DNA of 64,000 nucleotides, from NCBI GenBank assembly GCA_964511075.1, contig CAZEDM010000008.1:34470-98469 (forward strand), read 5' to 3'. The stretch is from an uncultured Ignavibacteria bacterium (GTDB lineage Bacteria; Zixibacteria; MSB-5A5; RBG-16-43-9). The notes below the pieces were generated by a model, which had not been told where the DNA came from, ran no database searches, and worked only from the letters and a program-made list of their open reading frames with translations. Shown one piece after another: positions 19,157 through 29,391 of the stretch; positions within the stretch are counted from its first letter, which is position 1; each line of letters opens with the position of its first letter. The position numbers and the translations under genes were made by a program.

Positions 19157-21852
19157 TTGCTAAGACTATTATTGTTTATCTGAGAACTCCTTATAAGTCT
19201 GGATATTGTCGAACACAGAAGTTCATTTTTAAAGGGTTTGACCAGAACCTCATCTGCCCCAGCCTCTCTGGCTTTATTCTCTTTTTCTTTCAATATATGT
19301 CCTGTTATCGCTATTACCTTCGTATCCTTATTCTCGTCCTTGATCGTCTTTATCAGCTCTATCCCATCCATATCCGGCATGGCTATGTCTGATAATACTA
19401 AATCAAACCTGTCTTTCCTTATATGTTCTAATCCTTCTTTAGCTTTCAGAAAAGCTCTTACCTTATGTCCTCTGGACTCCAGGAACTTCTTCAGACCAAA
19501 GGATATGGCTTTCTCATCATCCACCAGTAATATCTTCAATTTCCCCTCGCTCTCCCCGGAGGATTCCATCTCAGTATGCCGAATAGATCCGCAGGGTAGA
19601 TTTTTGGAGACCGGAATTGATAGGGTGAACCTGGTCCCTTTACCTACCTCTGATGCTACCTCAATCTTCCCTTTATATCCGTCTATTATCCCATAGGAGA
19701 GGAAAAGGCCCAGGCCGGTTCCGGGGATATCGCCTTTGCCCAGAGCTCCCTTGGTGGTAACGAAAGGCTCAAAGATTTTCCCTTTTATCTTTTCTGGGAT
19801 GCCGCAACCCGTGTCCTGGAAGATGATTTGAATATTCTCTCCAACTGGCTCAGCCTGTATGATTAATTTACCTCCTTTTTCTCTCATCGCATCCCGGGCA
19901 TTGGTAACCATATTTAAGAAGACCTCAGACAGCTGACCCGCATCACAGCATATCTTGGGCAAGGGCTTGAAATTCTCCACTATATGGATATTAAGCTTCT
20001 CCAGCTCTCGTCGGGTGATGGCTAAAACGCTTTTCAAGGGTTCGGTTACATCTATTAGCTCCTTCTTTGCTTCCTGGTTGCGTGAGAAAGCCAGAAGGTT
20101 TCGGGTTATGCTGGAGGCACGATAAGAGTTATCCGCGATAACCTTAAAACATTTCTTAATCTGCTCGAGCTCATCAGTAATTAATCCTAATTCTGCATTA
20201 GCCAGCATGCCGGCTAAGATATTATTGAACTCATGTGCAATGCCATAAGCTAAGGTTCCCACCGCGGCTAATTTCTCGGTCCGGATTAATTGCTGCTGGA
20301 GCTGTTTTCTTTCAGTTATGTCTCGAATAATACCAAAAGTAGCAGTTAGTACCCCATCCTTGTCAAACCAGGGTGCGGCAGTTAAAAGAAGATAGCGTCT
20401 TTCTCCTTTGGCAGTGATGATCTCTATCTCATAAGAGCCTTTTTCTCCTGTATGACGTCTTTTTGTCTGTTCTCGTATAAATTCAAACTGTTCTGAAGAA
20501 GTGAAATCTTTAAAATTTCTTCCGACTAGTCCCCCTTCTGGAACTCCGAAGATTTTCTCGGCGGAGGGGTTAGCAAAGATGAAATTCTCCTCCAGGTCGG
20601 CAGTAGCAATGCCCTCACCCTGATTTTCAATCAGGAGCCGGTATTTTTTCTCGCTTTCCCGTAGAGCTTCCTCAGCTCTCCTGAGATTGGAGATATCAAT
20701 AAAGCTCTCTATCAGATAACCTTTGCCTTTACGGGTTATGGGAACCACACTTTTCAGTATAGGTATTTCATCCTTGTTGATATTGAGCAATACCCGTTCC
20801 GAGCTGTCCACTTCCTGCCAGAGGTCGGTTATGGGGCACTTTCCCACCTCCGCAGGACAGACGAAGTTGTGACAGATACGACCGACGAGTTCCTCTTTGG
20901 ATTCACCAATCATCTCCACAGCATAGGAATTTGCATCAACGATCGTATGTGTTTCCGGATCTATGGCTATGATACCGGCATGGATTGAATCCAATAAGAT
21001 CTTTAGATATTCTTCATTTTCCCTTAATTCCTCTTCTGCTTTCCTTCGCTCTGAGATATCTGTGAAGAAGCCAACACTACATTCTTTGCCGTTCATGCTA
21101 ACTTTTGCGGAGCTGACATCCACATATATTATATTTCCATCTTTTCTTAAACAGGGTAGATTCTCACATAAGGTCTTCTCTCCTCTTGCCTGGGCTTCAA
21201 ATTCAGAGATAACATACTCCAACTTTTCCCTGGGGTGAATGTCAGCCACGCTCATTCGTTTTAATTCATCTTCAGTGTACCCTAAAATTCTACATATTGC
21301 CGGATTGGCATACTTAAACTCTTTGGTCTGGATGTCAGCCACAAGTATCCCCTCAGCTGTCCCCTCAAATAACGCCCGGTATCTCTGCTCAGATTCTCTT
21401 AATGTCTCCTCTGCTTTCTTTCGCTCGGTGATGTCCCAAAAAATGCCCAATACGCCAATAGTGTTCCCCTTTTCATCTTTGATAGGCGTTTTGACGGTAT
21501 GAACAAATACTGCCTGACCCTCCTGAAGATATTCCTCTTCTAAATCCTCTGTCTTACCGGTTTGCATAATCCTTTTGTCGTCTGCTCTGTATTTCTCAGC
21601 CAATCCCTTGGGAAAAAAATCATAATCTGTCTTACCGGTAATCTCATTGGGCAGTATTTTTAAATCCCGAGCGTAGTTCTCATTGCAGGATACATAAATT
21701 AAATTCTTATCTTTGAAAAATATCTTCTGCGGAAGATTTTCAAGTAATGTTCTATACTTGCTCTCGCTTGTTCGTAGCGCCTCCTCTACCTTTTTGCGCT
21801 CTGTGATGTCCGTTTCCCCCCCTGCGAGATTTTCCCTGTTCTTCTTGCTCAT
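19153..21852 (-). CDS. Hybrid sensor histidine kinase with multiple PAS domains and a C-terminal receiver
   Basis: At least four PAS-like repeats (TERK..EE.LR.SE..YR.L.E), HisKA H-box AHEFNNIL, HATPase G-boxes, C-terminal ILLVDDE receiver. Overlaps the downstream receiver gene by 4 nt. Confidence 0.85.
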   Translation of the reverse strand: MSKKNRENLAGGETDITERKKVEEALRTSESKYRTLLENLPQKIFFKDKNLIYVSCNENYARDLKILPNEITGKTDYDFFPKGLAEKYRADDKRIMQTGKTEDLEEEYLQEGQAVFVHTVKTPIKDEKGNTIGVLGIFWDITERKKAEETLRESEQRYRALFEGTAEGILVADIQTKEFKYANPAICRILGYTEDELKRMSVADIHPREKLEYVISEFEAQARGEKTLCENLPCLRKDGNIIYVDVSSAKVSMNGKECSVGFFTDISERRKAEEELRENEEYLKILLDSIHAGIIAIDPETHTIVDANSYAVEMIGESKEELVGRICHNFVCPAEVGKCPITDLWQEVDSSERVLLNINKDEIPILKSVVPITRKGKGYLIESFIDISNLRRAEEALRESEKKYRLLIENQGEGIATADLEENFIFANPSAEKIFGVPEGGLVGRNFKDFTSSEQFEFIREQTKRRHTGEKGSYEIEIITAKGERRYLLLTAAPWFDKDGVLTATFGIIRDITERKQLQQQLIRTEKLAAVGTLAYGIAHEFNNILAGMLANAELGLITDELEQIKKCFKVIADNSYRASSITRNLLAFSRNQEAKKELIDVTEPLKSVLAITRRELEKLNIHIVENFKPLPKICCDAGQLSEVFLNMVTNARDAMREKGGKLIIQAEPVGENIQIIFQDTGCGIPEKIKGKIFEPFVTTKGALGKGDIPGTGLGLFLSYGIIDGYKGKIEVASEVGKGTRFTLSIPVSKNLPCGSIRHTEMESSGESEGKLKILLVDDEKAISFGLKKFLESRGHKVRAFLKAKEGLEHIRKDRFDLVLSDIAMPDMDGIELIKTIKDENKDTKVIAITGHILKEKENKAREAGADEVLVKPFKNELLCSTISRLIRSSQINNNSLSK

Positions 21853-22347
21853 CAGGCTATGCTCCCCTTATCTTTCTCTCTTTAGCGTTCCTAATTTTTT
21901 TCTAATCTCTCAAATTCGAGCCATTTAAGATAATTCTCAAATATCATCTGACAGATAGAAGAGTTTTTTCCTCTGTAGAAGAAAATATGCGAAAAGAGGC
22001 TCCAACATATATCTCTTCTCAGTTTATTATACCTCAGGCTATACCCTTATCAGGTTTTTCGAAAGGGTATAACCACTATACCTGAAAAGACTTAATAGGA
22101 TCTACTGTGTAAGACTTCGATTGATAAGATTGACAAATTGCCCCCCGTTTTTTAAGATAAATAAGATCACGGCATTCTTCTTTATTTATCGGAATTATGA
22201 AGAATAAGATTAGCTAACTCCGTTTGTGAAAAGAACATCCGGAATGAACTGCAGAGAGCATTTTGAAAAAGCAGGAACGGCTTTCAAACCCGTGCCTACA
22301 GATTTCAACCTAACCCTGACCCACTCCTAAGGGGAGAGGGGATGACA

Positions 22348-23595
22348 TTACAATCCGTATTTCTCTATAATCTCTTTCTTCTTCTTTCCCAGGATATCGT
22401 ATTTCCCGCCAATCCTGGTAAAGGCTTCGATGGCTCTATCTAAGTGCTCTTTCTCGTGGTCGGCGGAGAGCTGGACCCTGATTCTTGCCTCACCTCTGGG
22501 AACAACCGGGAAGAAGAATCCAATCACATAGATGCCCTCATAATATAAGTCCTTAGCGAAATCAGATGCCAGCTTTGCATTGTAAAGCATTATGGGAACA
22601 ATTGGATGAGTACCCTCCTTGATGTCAAAGCCAGCCTCGGTCATCTTTTTTCTGAAATAGAGGGTATTGTTCTCCAACTTATCCCTTCTCTCGGTGGTTT
22701 TGGAGATGAGGTCTAAGACCTTGCTGGCAGCAGAGACGATCACCGGAGGGACTGTATTGGAGAAAAGATAAGGTCTGGCTCTCTGACGCAGTAAATCCAC
22801 TATTTCCTTTCTACCGCTGACACCGCCGCCTGAAGCACCTCCCAAGGCTTTGCCCAGGGTGGTGGTGATTATGTCAATTCTACCTACTACCCCGCAATGC
22901 TCGTGTGTCCCCCTGCCGGTCTTTCCCATAAAGCCGGTGGAATGAGAATCGTCCACCAAGACCATAGCGTCATATTTATCCGCCAGCTCGCAGATCTGAT
23001 CCAGTTTAGCGATATCCCCATCCATAGAGAAAACACCATCAGTTATAATCATCCTGAAACGGTTATCCTGGGTATCTTTTAGCTTTTCCTCCAGGTGCTC
23101 CATATTGGAGTGCTTATAAATATATTGTTGTGCCTTGCAAAGCCTCATCCCGTCCACAATTGAGGCGTGGACCAATTTATCTGCAATCATAGCATCTTCT
23201 CTGTCCAGGAGCACATCAAAAACCCCGGCATTGGCATCCATACAGGAGGGGAAAAGGATGGTATCCTCTGTGCCCAAGAACTCGCTTAATTTTCTTTCCA
23301 GCTCACGGTGAACATCCTGGGTTCCGCAGATAAACCTGACTGAGGACATACCATAACCCCTGTCATCCAAGCCCTGATGTGCTGCCCTGATCACATCCGG
23401 ATGGCTGGAAAGTCCCAGATAGTTATTGGCACAGAAATTAATTACCTCTTTTTCCGGAGCTCCTTCCGGAAACTCCACCTTGATATCCGCCCCCTGAGGA
23501 GAATGAATATACCTTTCCTCTTTGCTCAGACCCGCTTCTTTAATCCCCTTTAGCTCGTTTTGATAGAAATCTTTTGACTTACTACTATATGCCAT
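22348..23595 (-). CDS. PLP-dependent alpha-oxoamine synthase (glycine C-acetyltransferase / 8-amino-7-oxononanoate synthase / serine palmitoyltransferase family)
   Basis: Family layout with PLP-lysine motif TLGKALGG and DDSHSTGF. 415 aa. Confidence 0.8.
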   Translation of the reverse strand: MAYSSKSKDFYQNELKGIKEAGLSKEERYIHSPQGADIKVEFPEGAPEKEVINFCANNYLGLSSHPDVIRAAHQGLDDRGYGMSSVRFICGTQDVHRELERKLSEFLGTEDTILFPSCMDANAGVFDVLLDREDAMIADKLVHASIVDGMRLCKAQQYIYKHSNMEHLEEKLKDTQDNRFRMIITDGVFSMDGDIAKLDQICELADKYDAMVLVDDSHSTGFMGKTGRGTHEHCGVVGRIDIITTTLGKALGGASGGGVSGRKEIVDLLRQRARPYLFSNTVPPVIVSAASKVLDLISKTTERRDKLENNTLYFRKKMTEAGFDIKEGTHPIVPIMLYNAKLASDFAKDLYYEGIYVIGFFFPVVPRGEARIRVQLSADHEKEHLDRAIEAFTRIGGKYDILGKKKKEIIEKYGL

Positions 23596-23727
23596 AAAAC
23601 CTCCTGCAGAATTCTTGATAAAATCATCTTTTAAAAAGCTTATCGGAGTACAAATCTTTAGAGTTGCCAGAATTATTTTGTGGGGATTAGAGGCAAAGCT
23701 AAAGCTTTACACTCCATACTTTCCTCT

Positions 23728-23979
23728 TTATATCTTCACAAACTCCTTGAGTAGAATAACGATTTTATTTACCGTATCAAAAGTTTCCGGCGTTGCCTTG
23801 GCATCCGGTATCTGGATTTTGTATTTTTTCTCCAGAAAAGTTTTCAAAGAAACCATAGAGAAAGAATCCACTATGCCGGAGGAGATCAAAGGGGTGTCCT
23901 CCTTGACCTCCATATCGCTATCCTCTTCCAGAAACTCTTTTTTTACATAATCGATGATGATTTTTTTTGCATCTTCCAT
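23728..23979 (-). CDS. Acyl carrier protein-like
   Basis: 83 aa, acidic, phosphopantetheine attachment motif GIVDSFSMV (DS*F). Confidence 0.65.
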   Translation of the reverse strand: MEDAKKIIIDYVKKEFLEEDSDMEVKEDTPLISSGIVDSFSMVSLKTFLEKKYKIQIPDAKATPETFDTVNKIVILLKEFVKI

Positions 23980-24002
23980 CTGTTACTCCTTTCTGCCTGT
24001 GT

Positions 24003-24120
24003 ATTATCGTAGTGCGATCCTGCTTGTCCCGCAGTAAGCGGGATTAGGGTCGCTTCAGGCGAGGCTGAAAGTCTTCGCCAGGATCCTGTGGACAAGACCT
24101 TGACGGCCTCGCACTACAGG
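24003..24120 (-). other. Highly structured 118-nt intercistronic element between the ligase and ACP genes
   Basis: 9-bp terminal inverted repeat GTAGTGCGA...TCGCACTAC encloses internal hairpins (CCCGCagtaaGCGGG; GGCGAGgctgaaagtcTTCGCC). 60% GC in a lower-GC context. Seen in sequence only. Confidence 0.3.
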
Positions 24121-25878
24121 TCAATCGTTTTCCAAGGTTGATAAATCCCCAACCGGCTCGCCTCTTTCCTGTGCCCGAAGCAGGCGCCGCATGATCTTTC
24201 CGCTTCTGGTTTTGGGCAGAGATTCAACAAACTCTATCTCCTGGGGCATTGCCAAAGGGGACAGTCTCTTACGGATGAAGTTCATAATATCCAATTCCAG
24301 GTCATCCGATTTTTCAAAGCCCGGTTTTAAAGCTACAAAGGCCTTGACCACCTCCATATTTATTGGATCTGGTTTCCCAATAGCGGCTGATTCTGCTACT
24401 GCCTGATGCTCTAAAAGGGCAGATTCCACCTCAAAGGGGCTGACCAGGTGTCCGGCAGTATTAATGACATCATCATCCCTTCCCACAAACCAGAAATACC
24501 CATCCTTGTCGATGCTGGACCTGTCTCCAGTCAGATACCAGCCGTTTTTAAATTTACTCTCATAGGTAAGGGGGTTATTCCAGTAAGCCCTGAACATAGA
24601 GGGCCAGCCCGGTTTAAGGGCAATCAAACCCACAGAGCCAATTTTATTGATAGGATTGTAGCTGGAGTCAAGCACAGTTGCCACAATTCCGGGAAAAGGT
24701 TTGCCCATGGAGCCGGGACGAACCTCCATCCCAGGGTAATTCGAGATGACAATAGCACCGGTCTCGGTCTGCCAGTAAGTATCATGGAAAGGAAGTCCGT
24801 AAACCTTCTTGGACCATATGACTGCTTCCGCATTCAATGGTTCCCCTACGCTGCATAGATGTCTTAAAGAGGACAGGTCAAACCTCTTCACAATCTCCTC
24901 TCCTCCCTTCATCAGAAGCCTTATGGCGGTAGGAGCGGAATACCAAACTGTTATCTTATGCCTCTGGATTAAACCATACCATTTCTCCGGCTGGAACCCG
25001 CTATCCAGGACCACCTGGGTGATACCCAGGCTCCACGGTCCAATAATTCCATAGGAGGTGCCGGTAACCCAGCCCGGGTCTGCAGTACACCAGTAGATAT
25101 CATCAGCTCCTAAATCCAGGCACCATTTCGTAGTTAAAGATTGCGCCAGTATAGAGTAGTGGACATGCAGAGCTCCTTTGGGTTTTCCAGTCGTGCCTGA
25201 GGTATAATGCAGAACCGAGGGTGTCTCAAAAGTGGTGGGGAAGATGTCAAACTCCTCCACCCTGTGAGCTTTTCTGACTGAATATGCTATCTCCTTTTCC
25301 TGAGGTTTGAAATTTTCATCATCCGTGGCAATGATGATCTTCTTGAGCTCAGGCAGCTGGTTTTTTATCCTCCTTATCCTTTTAATAAGTTTTGGAATGG
25401 TAACTATTGCAGAGGCTTTGCCATCTTCCAGACGGGTTAAAAGGGAATCCTCCCCAAAGGCTGAGAATAGTGGTGCTACTATTCCGCCCATCTTCAAGGT
25501 TCCCAGAAAAGAGAAATATAGGTCCGGCACCCGGTCCATAAAAACGAAGACCCTTTCTCCTTCTCTGATTCCTAAATCCCTTAGAAGCCGGGCGTAATTA
25601 TTAGAGTAGACCCTCAGATCATCAAAGGTGAATCTCTGTACCTCTCTGGTATACCCCTCCCAGATCATGGCAGGCTTTTTTCCATTTCCCTGCTGGCAGA
25701 TTCTGTCTGAACAGTAATAACCGATATTAAAGGGTAAGTCCTCTTTATAGCCTAATTCCTTCAGGGCAAATGGCCACTCAAAGTTTTTATATCTTTGATC
25801 ATAAGAACCTATGTTGCTCATTAGAATGACTCCTTCTTTCCTGAATAGTGTGCTTAAAAAACGTGGAAAAGATAACAT
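24121..25878 (-). CDS. AMP-dependent synthetase/ligase (acyl-CoA or acyl-ACP synthetase)
   Basis: AMP-binding motif YTSGTTGKPKG, plus GEP...TGD and SGKIMRR motifs. 585 aa. Confidence 0.8.
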   Translation of the reverse strand: MLSFPRFLSTLFRKEGVILMSNIGSYDQRYKNFEWPFALKELGYKEDLPFNIGYYCSDRICQQGNGKKPAMIWEGYTREVQRFTFDDLRVYSNNYARLLRDLGIREGERVFVFMDRVPDLYFSFLGTLKMGGIVAPLFSAFGEDSLLTRLEDGKASAIVTIPKLIKRIRRIKNQLPELKKIIIATDDENFKPQEKEIAYSVRKAHRVEEFDIFPTTFETPSVLHYTSGTTGKPKGALHVHYSILAQSLTTKWCLDLGADDIYWCTADPGWVTGTSYGIIGPWSLGITQVVLDSGFQPEKWYGLIQRHKITVWYSAPTAIRLLMKGGEEIVKRFDLSSLRHLCSVGEPLNAEAVIWSKKVYGLPFHDTYWQTETGAIVISNYPGMEVRPGSMGKPFPGIVATVLDSSYNPINKIGSVGLIALKPGWPSMFRAYWNNPLTYESKFKNGWYLTGDRSSIDKDGYFWFVGRDDDVINTAGHLVSPFEVESALLEHQAVAESAAIGKPDPINMEVVKAFVALKPGFEKSDDLELDIMNFIRKRLSPLAMPQEIEFVESLPKTRSGKIMRRLLRAQERGEPVGDLSTLEND

Positions 25879-25992
25879 CTTAAGAGGATTTTAGCAAGTC
25901 AAAAAACGGGTAGAATGCGGTTATCTTAGATTATCTACCATTCACTATGAACCATAAACCAAAAAAATCCCCCAGGGGAAGAAAAGCTTTTC

Positions 25993-26050
25993 TGAGGATG
26001 TACGAGATTGAACTACCACCCGCCTGCTCAAAAGGCAGATACTCGTATTG
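25993..26050 (-). pseudogene. Degenerate tRNA-Lys-like remnant (anticodon arm and 3' part only)
   Basis: TCTGCC-TTTTGAG-CAGGC matches the anticodon arm of the intact tRNA-Lys at 47934-48005. No D-arm or 5' acceptor. Part of the direct repeat 25690-26050. Confidence 0.35.
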
Positions 26051-26365
26051 TTAGACTATGCTTTTGCAGATTACAGGTTAAGACACAAAAAACTTGAATT
26101 TCAAAAAAAGGAGCTCCTTTTTTCTCCTATTAGGTTCACTTCGGCGTAGAAGACTTTACAGCCCCTCGTCCTATAGATCTTTTTCTAAGATAAACTTTTA
26201 GTGTCGTTTACCAAAAGATTATTTCATCCTCATTTATTCTGGGTGGCTCGATTCAAATCATGCCTCTTTTGAGAAATAAAGATAAAGTTGTGCTGCTCTT
26301 TGGATAGGATCAAACAGGGAGGTGCCCGGTTCCTCTTTACTTTCTCTGCTTCTCGTAAAGTAAAT

Positions 26366-27202
26366 TCACCAACCCTGTTTACTTGTCACCATCAGTTCAT
26401 TTGCCAACCTGAAGCATACTTTGTCAGGCAAGACTTGACGGAGATATTTTATGTTAACTCCCCCATCCGGAAGGGTATGGCCTATTTGGTTAACCTCTAC
26501 ACCTCTATGCCTGAGGAAGAAATTCAGATGTTGAGCCTCTTCCAGCAAGTATCTTCTGGCACTGACTCCAGTGAAGAACTTCTCAAGTTCAGTGCGGCTT
26601 TCTGTCCGCTCTATTGTTGCTAACCAGCCCTTCCCATATGGGTCCTCTTGTACCAGCTCCGGATGTTGAGCCAGTCCGGAATTTATTTGAACCAGATGTC
26701 CAGAGAGAGGGGTAGCTAAGAAAACCATTCCGGCAGAAGAGAGTATCTTTCCAAATACCTGATCCTGGGTAAGATCATTCTCCAGCTCGGAGAATTGCAA
26801 CTTAGCGGGTAGCGGAAGGACATATGCCAAAAGTTCGTCAACTCCTATTCTCCATTTCCGCCCTTCCAACGGTTGAGCCCATAGGTGAGAGGGGTGTAAA
26901 TAGACTCCTTCTCTCATCTCAACGGGCGTGAAGGTGAAAAATAGGAGGGGAGGATTTTTCCCACTTCCAGGGACGGGGCATTCTTCAGATTCTCTTAGAG
27001 ACTGAGATCTGTGCTGTTCGGCTTTTGATCGTATCTTTCTCGAACCGACATGAGAGCGCATGGCTTTGTCTAACTCACAGTGTTCACAGTCATAGTTAAT
27101 CGGACATAATTTATAGGAGATCACTCCTGCGGTCATCCAGATACAACGACCGTCCTGGTGGACAGGCTGGGCATCTTGTTTTTTTGATATATTCTTTTTC
27201 AT
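26366..27202 (-). CDS. Glycine-cleavage H-protein-like (lipoyl-domain fold) protein with N-terminal Cys4 extension; lipoyl-lysine position not conserved
   Basis: C-terminus PLSGHLVQINSGLAQHPELVQEDPYGKGWLATIE aligns with GcvH PVSGEVVEVNEAL..PELVN.DPYGEGWL. N-terminus carries C-x13-C-x5-C-x2-C. Last gene of the cytochrome/FeS/NrfD operon. Confidence 0.5.
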   Translation of the reverse strand: MKKNISKKQDAQPVHQDGRCIWMTAGVISYKLCPINYDCEHCELDKAMRSHVGSRKIRSKAEQHRSQSLRESEECPVPGSGKNPPLLFFTFTPVEMREGVYLHPSHLWAQPLEGRKWRIGVDELLAYVLPLPAKLQFSELENDLTQDQVFGKILSSAGMVFLATPLSGHLVQINSGLAQHPELVQEDPYGKGWLATIERTESRTELEKFFTGVSARRYLLEEAQHLNFFLRHRGVEVNQIGHTLPDGGVNIKYLRQVLPDKVCFRLANELMVTSKQGW

Positions 27203-27215
27203 AAAGATCGTTTTA

Positions 27216-28463
27216 TCAAAAGTTTTCCTCTGTACCTATCTCGCTATATTGTGGATATTCTCGGTGAACAGGCATACGGTTCACTATCCACCTGTAGGTT
27301 AAAATCTCAATGGTGATTATAGCCAGAACGATCAGTAATTCCTTCCAGTATATGAATACACGGTGCGGAAGTTTCCAGTTAAGGGCAATTAAGGAGACAT
27401 TGAAGCGGTTGACCGCCACTCCCAGTATGGTGAGAATGGCTGTAAACTGGGTCAGGACTACATTTCTCTTCTTCACCGCCAAGGCGAAAAGGAAACAAGG
27501 CAGAAGCACAAAGATAAAAATCTCCACCAGAAACCAGTGACCCCAAGAGGTATTCAGGAGGTTCCAGTGGTTACTGTGAGCCACGCCGATCCACTTCAGG
27601 CAGAAGTAGGCTAAGAGAACAAATGAAGCTGCTTTGCCTAAACCCAGGGTGAGGTTATCATAATTGGCGGCCTGGAGTGGATTTATCTGACTTTTGAGCG
27701 TTTTTTTGGATACCATAGCTACCACGATGATCATGGATAGTCCGGCGAAGATACTTGAAACGAAGAAAAACAGGGGGAGGAATTGTGAATACCAAAGCGG
27801 GTGAAGTTTTCCGGGGACTAAAAGAAACAGGGCGCCCAGAGCAGATTGGTGCAAGGTCGAGAGGATCACGCCGAAAATGGTGGCTCCCACGGTTATCTTC
27901 AAAGCCCACCTGCGAAATCTGTTTGCCCCAAGCCATTCGAAGATAGCAGGGCAGAACTCAACCAGCTGGGTTGAAAGATAGAGTGCCACATGCCAACCCA
28001 CCAGAAATAGAACTGAGCTTGTTCCATAGGAAACAACCATAGGATAGGGAAGCCTCCAGGGACGTCCTAAATCGAAGAGCAGAAATACTACGGCGAAGAA
28101 ATAACCCAGAAATCCGGTAAGTATAGCTGGTCGTACCAGGGGATGATAATCTTCAAGCCCGAAGATATAAACGGCTGCTGCCATGATGAAGCCGGTAGAG
28201 GCTAAGGGAACGCCGGTAAAAAGTCCCCAGTTAAGAAAAAGACTCCAGGGCTGGTCCTGTGAGGCATGGGTCACAGCCGCCAGGCCCTGGGTGAAGCGCA
28301 TGACCATAAAGGGTAGCCCTGCCAAAATAATTATTCCAGCAACAATATTGAAAGGCTTTAAAAGGTTTCTCAGGTAGTCTTTAACTGAAAGCCCCAGAAA
28401 AATCCTCTCCCTGATCCAGTTCTGGAAAACACTGGTTTTCTCAGCGTATTCGTACTCGGTCAT
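27216..28463 (-). CDS. NrfD/PsrC-family integral membrane quinone-interacting subunit
   Basis: About 10 transmembrane helices; NrfD-like motifs. Start overlaps the upstream FeS gene by 4 nt. Confidence 0.8.
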   Translation of the reverse strand: MTEYEYAEKTSVFQNWIRERIFLGLSVKDYLRNLLKPFNIVAGIIILAGLPFMVMRFTQGLAAVTHASQDQPWSLFLNWGLFTGVPLASTGFIMAAAVYIFGLEDYHPLVRPAILTGFLGYFFAVVFLLFDLGRPWRLPYPMVVSYGTSSVLFLVGWHVALYLSTQLVEFCPAIFEWLGANRFRRWALKITVGATIFGVILSTLHQSALGALFLLVPGKLHPLWYSQFLPLFFFVSSIFAGLSMIIVVAMVSKKTLKSQINPLQAANYDNLTLGLGKAASFVLLAYFCLKWIGVAHSNHWNLLNTSWGHWFLVEIFIFVLLPCFLFALAVKKRNVVLTQFTAILTILGVAVNRFNVSLIALNWKLPHRVFIYWKELLIVLAIITIEILTYRWIVNRMPVHREYPQYSEIGTEENF

Positions 28464-29389
28464 GCCTGCTCCTCCTTCCTCTCAGGGGTCCACTCCCCCT
28501 CCTTGAGCATTTGTTCCCGGTGTTTGGTGAACATGTAAAACCCGCCCAACAGGACAGGCCAGATTACCAATACAGCAGGGACCATGGTGAGAAATCCTCT
28601 GGTTAACTCTGGATAGGGCCTGGTGCCCACATCCATGGGAAACCCCAGCTTCTCAAAGGGAATTTCGGATATATATAGCCAGCTGGTTCCCCCAACTTCA
28701 CGCTCACCATAGATATGGTCAATGTATTTTTCGGGTTTGCTCCTTATCTTCTCTCTGGCTAATTTGATCAGCTCGCTCCTCCTGCCGAAGGTCAGAGCCT
28801 GAGTCGGGCAGATCTTCACACAGGCTGGACTTTCACCCTTTTTGATTATCCTCTCATAGCATAAGGTGCATTTTCTAATCCGAGGGGTGAATGGTTTATT
28901 GTATTCATAGGTTGGAATATAAAAGGGACAGGCGGTCATGCAGTAACGGCAGCCTATGCAGATATCCTTATTGTAAACCACCGCTCCCTCCGGAGTTTTC
29001 TTCAAGGCTGCTACTAAGCAGGCGGAGGCGCAAGCTGGTTCGTCACAGTGATTGCACTGTTTCTTAACATAGAAGGGCTTCTCCTCATCCCTCGGATTCG
29101 AATAGCGGTTGACCACGGTATAGCTTTCCTGGTCAGTTCTTCTCTTTTCCTCAAACACCGATTTGTCGTCAAATGTTTTTATAGGTTTATTGGGAAGTTT
29201 ATTCTGGTCCTTGCAAGCCCATTCACACTTTCGGCATCCGGTGCATAGAGGTATGTCGTGAAGCACGCCAAAGCGATCCGGGTAACCAGGAAGATTTTCC
29301 TGAGCCATGGCTTTTTTGTAACTTCCAATTAGGCTCGTGGATCCTATCGTTCCCAGAGTTTTCAGGAAACCCCTTCGATTGAGTGACAT
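28460..29389 (-). CDS. Tat-exported 4x[4Fe-4S] ferredoxin-like subunit (NrfC/PsrB/HmcB-like) with C-terminal transmembrane helix
   Basis: Twin-arginine signal NRRGFLKTLG. Four Cys clusters (CTGCRKCEWAC, CNHCDEPACASAC, CIGCRYCMTACP, CTLC...CVKICP). Confidence 0.85.
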   Translation of the reverse strand: MSLNRRGFLKTLGTIGSTSLIGSYKKAMAQENLPGYPDRFGVLHDIPLCTGCRKCEWACKDQNKLPNKPIKTFDDKSVFEEKRRTDQESYTVVNRYSNPRDEEKPFYVKKQCNHCDEPACASACLVAALKKTPEGAVVYNKDICIGCRYCMTACPFYIPTYEYNKPFTPRIRKCTLCYERIIKKGESPACVKICPTQALTFGRRSELIKLAREKIRSKPEKYIDHIYGEREVGGTSWLYISEIPFEKLGFPMDVGTRPYPELTRGFLTMVPAVLVIWPVLLGGFYMFTKHREQMLKEGEWTPERKEEQA

Positions 29390-29391
29390 GG

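Noticed and set aside
23615-23950. 111-aa plus-strand ORF overlapping the ACP gene
   Set aside because: The minus-strand ACP has the DSF phosphopantetheine motif and operon context. The plus ORF is hydrophobic noise.
25993-26050. A second functional tRNA-Lys
   Set aside because: No D-arm and no acceptor 5' strand can be formed, so it is a remnant and not a gene.
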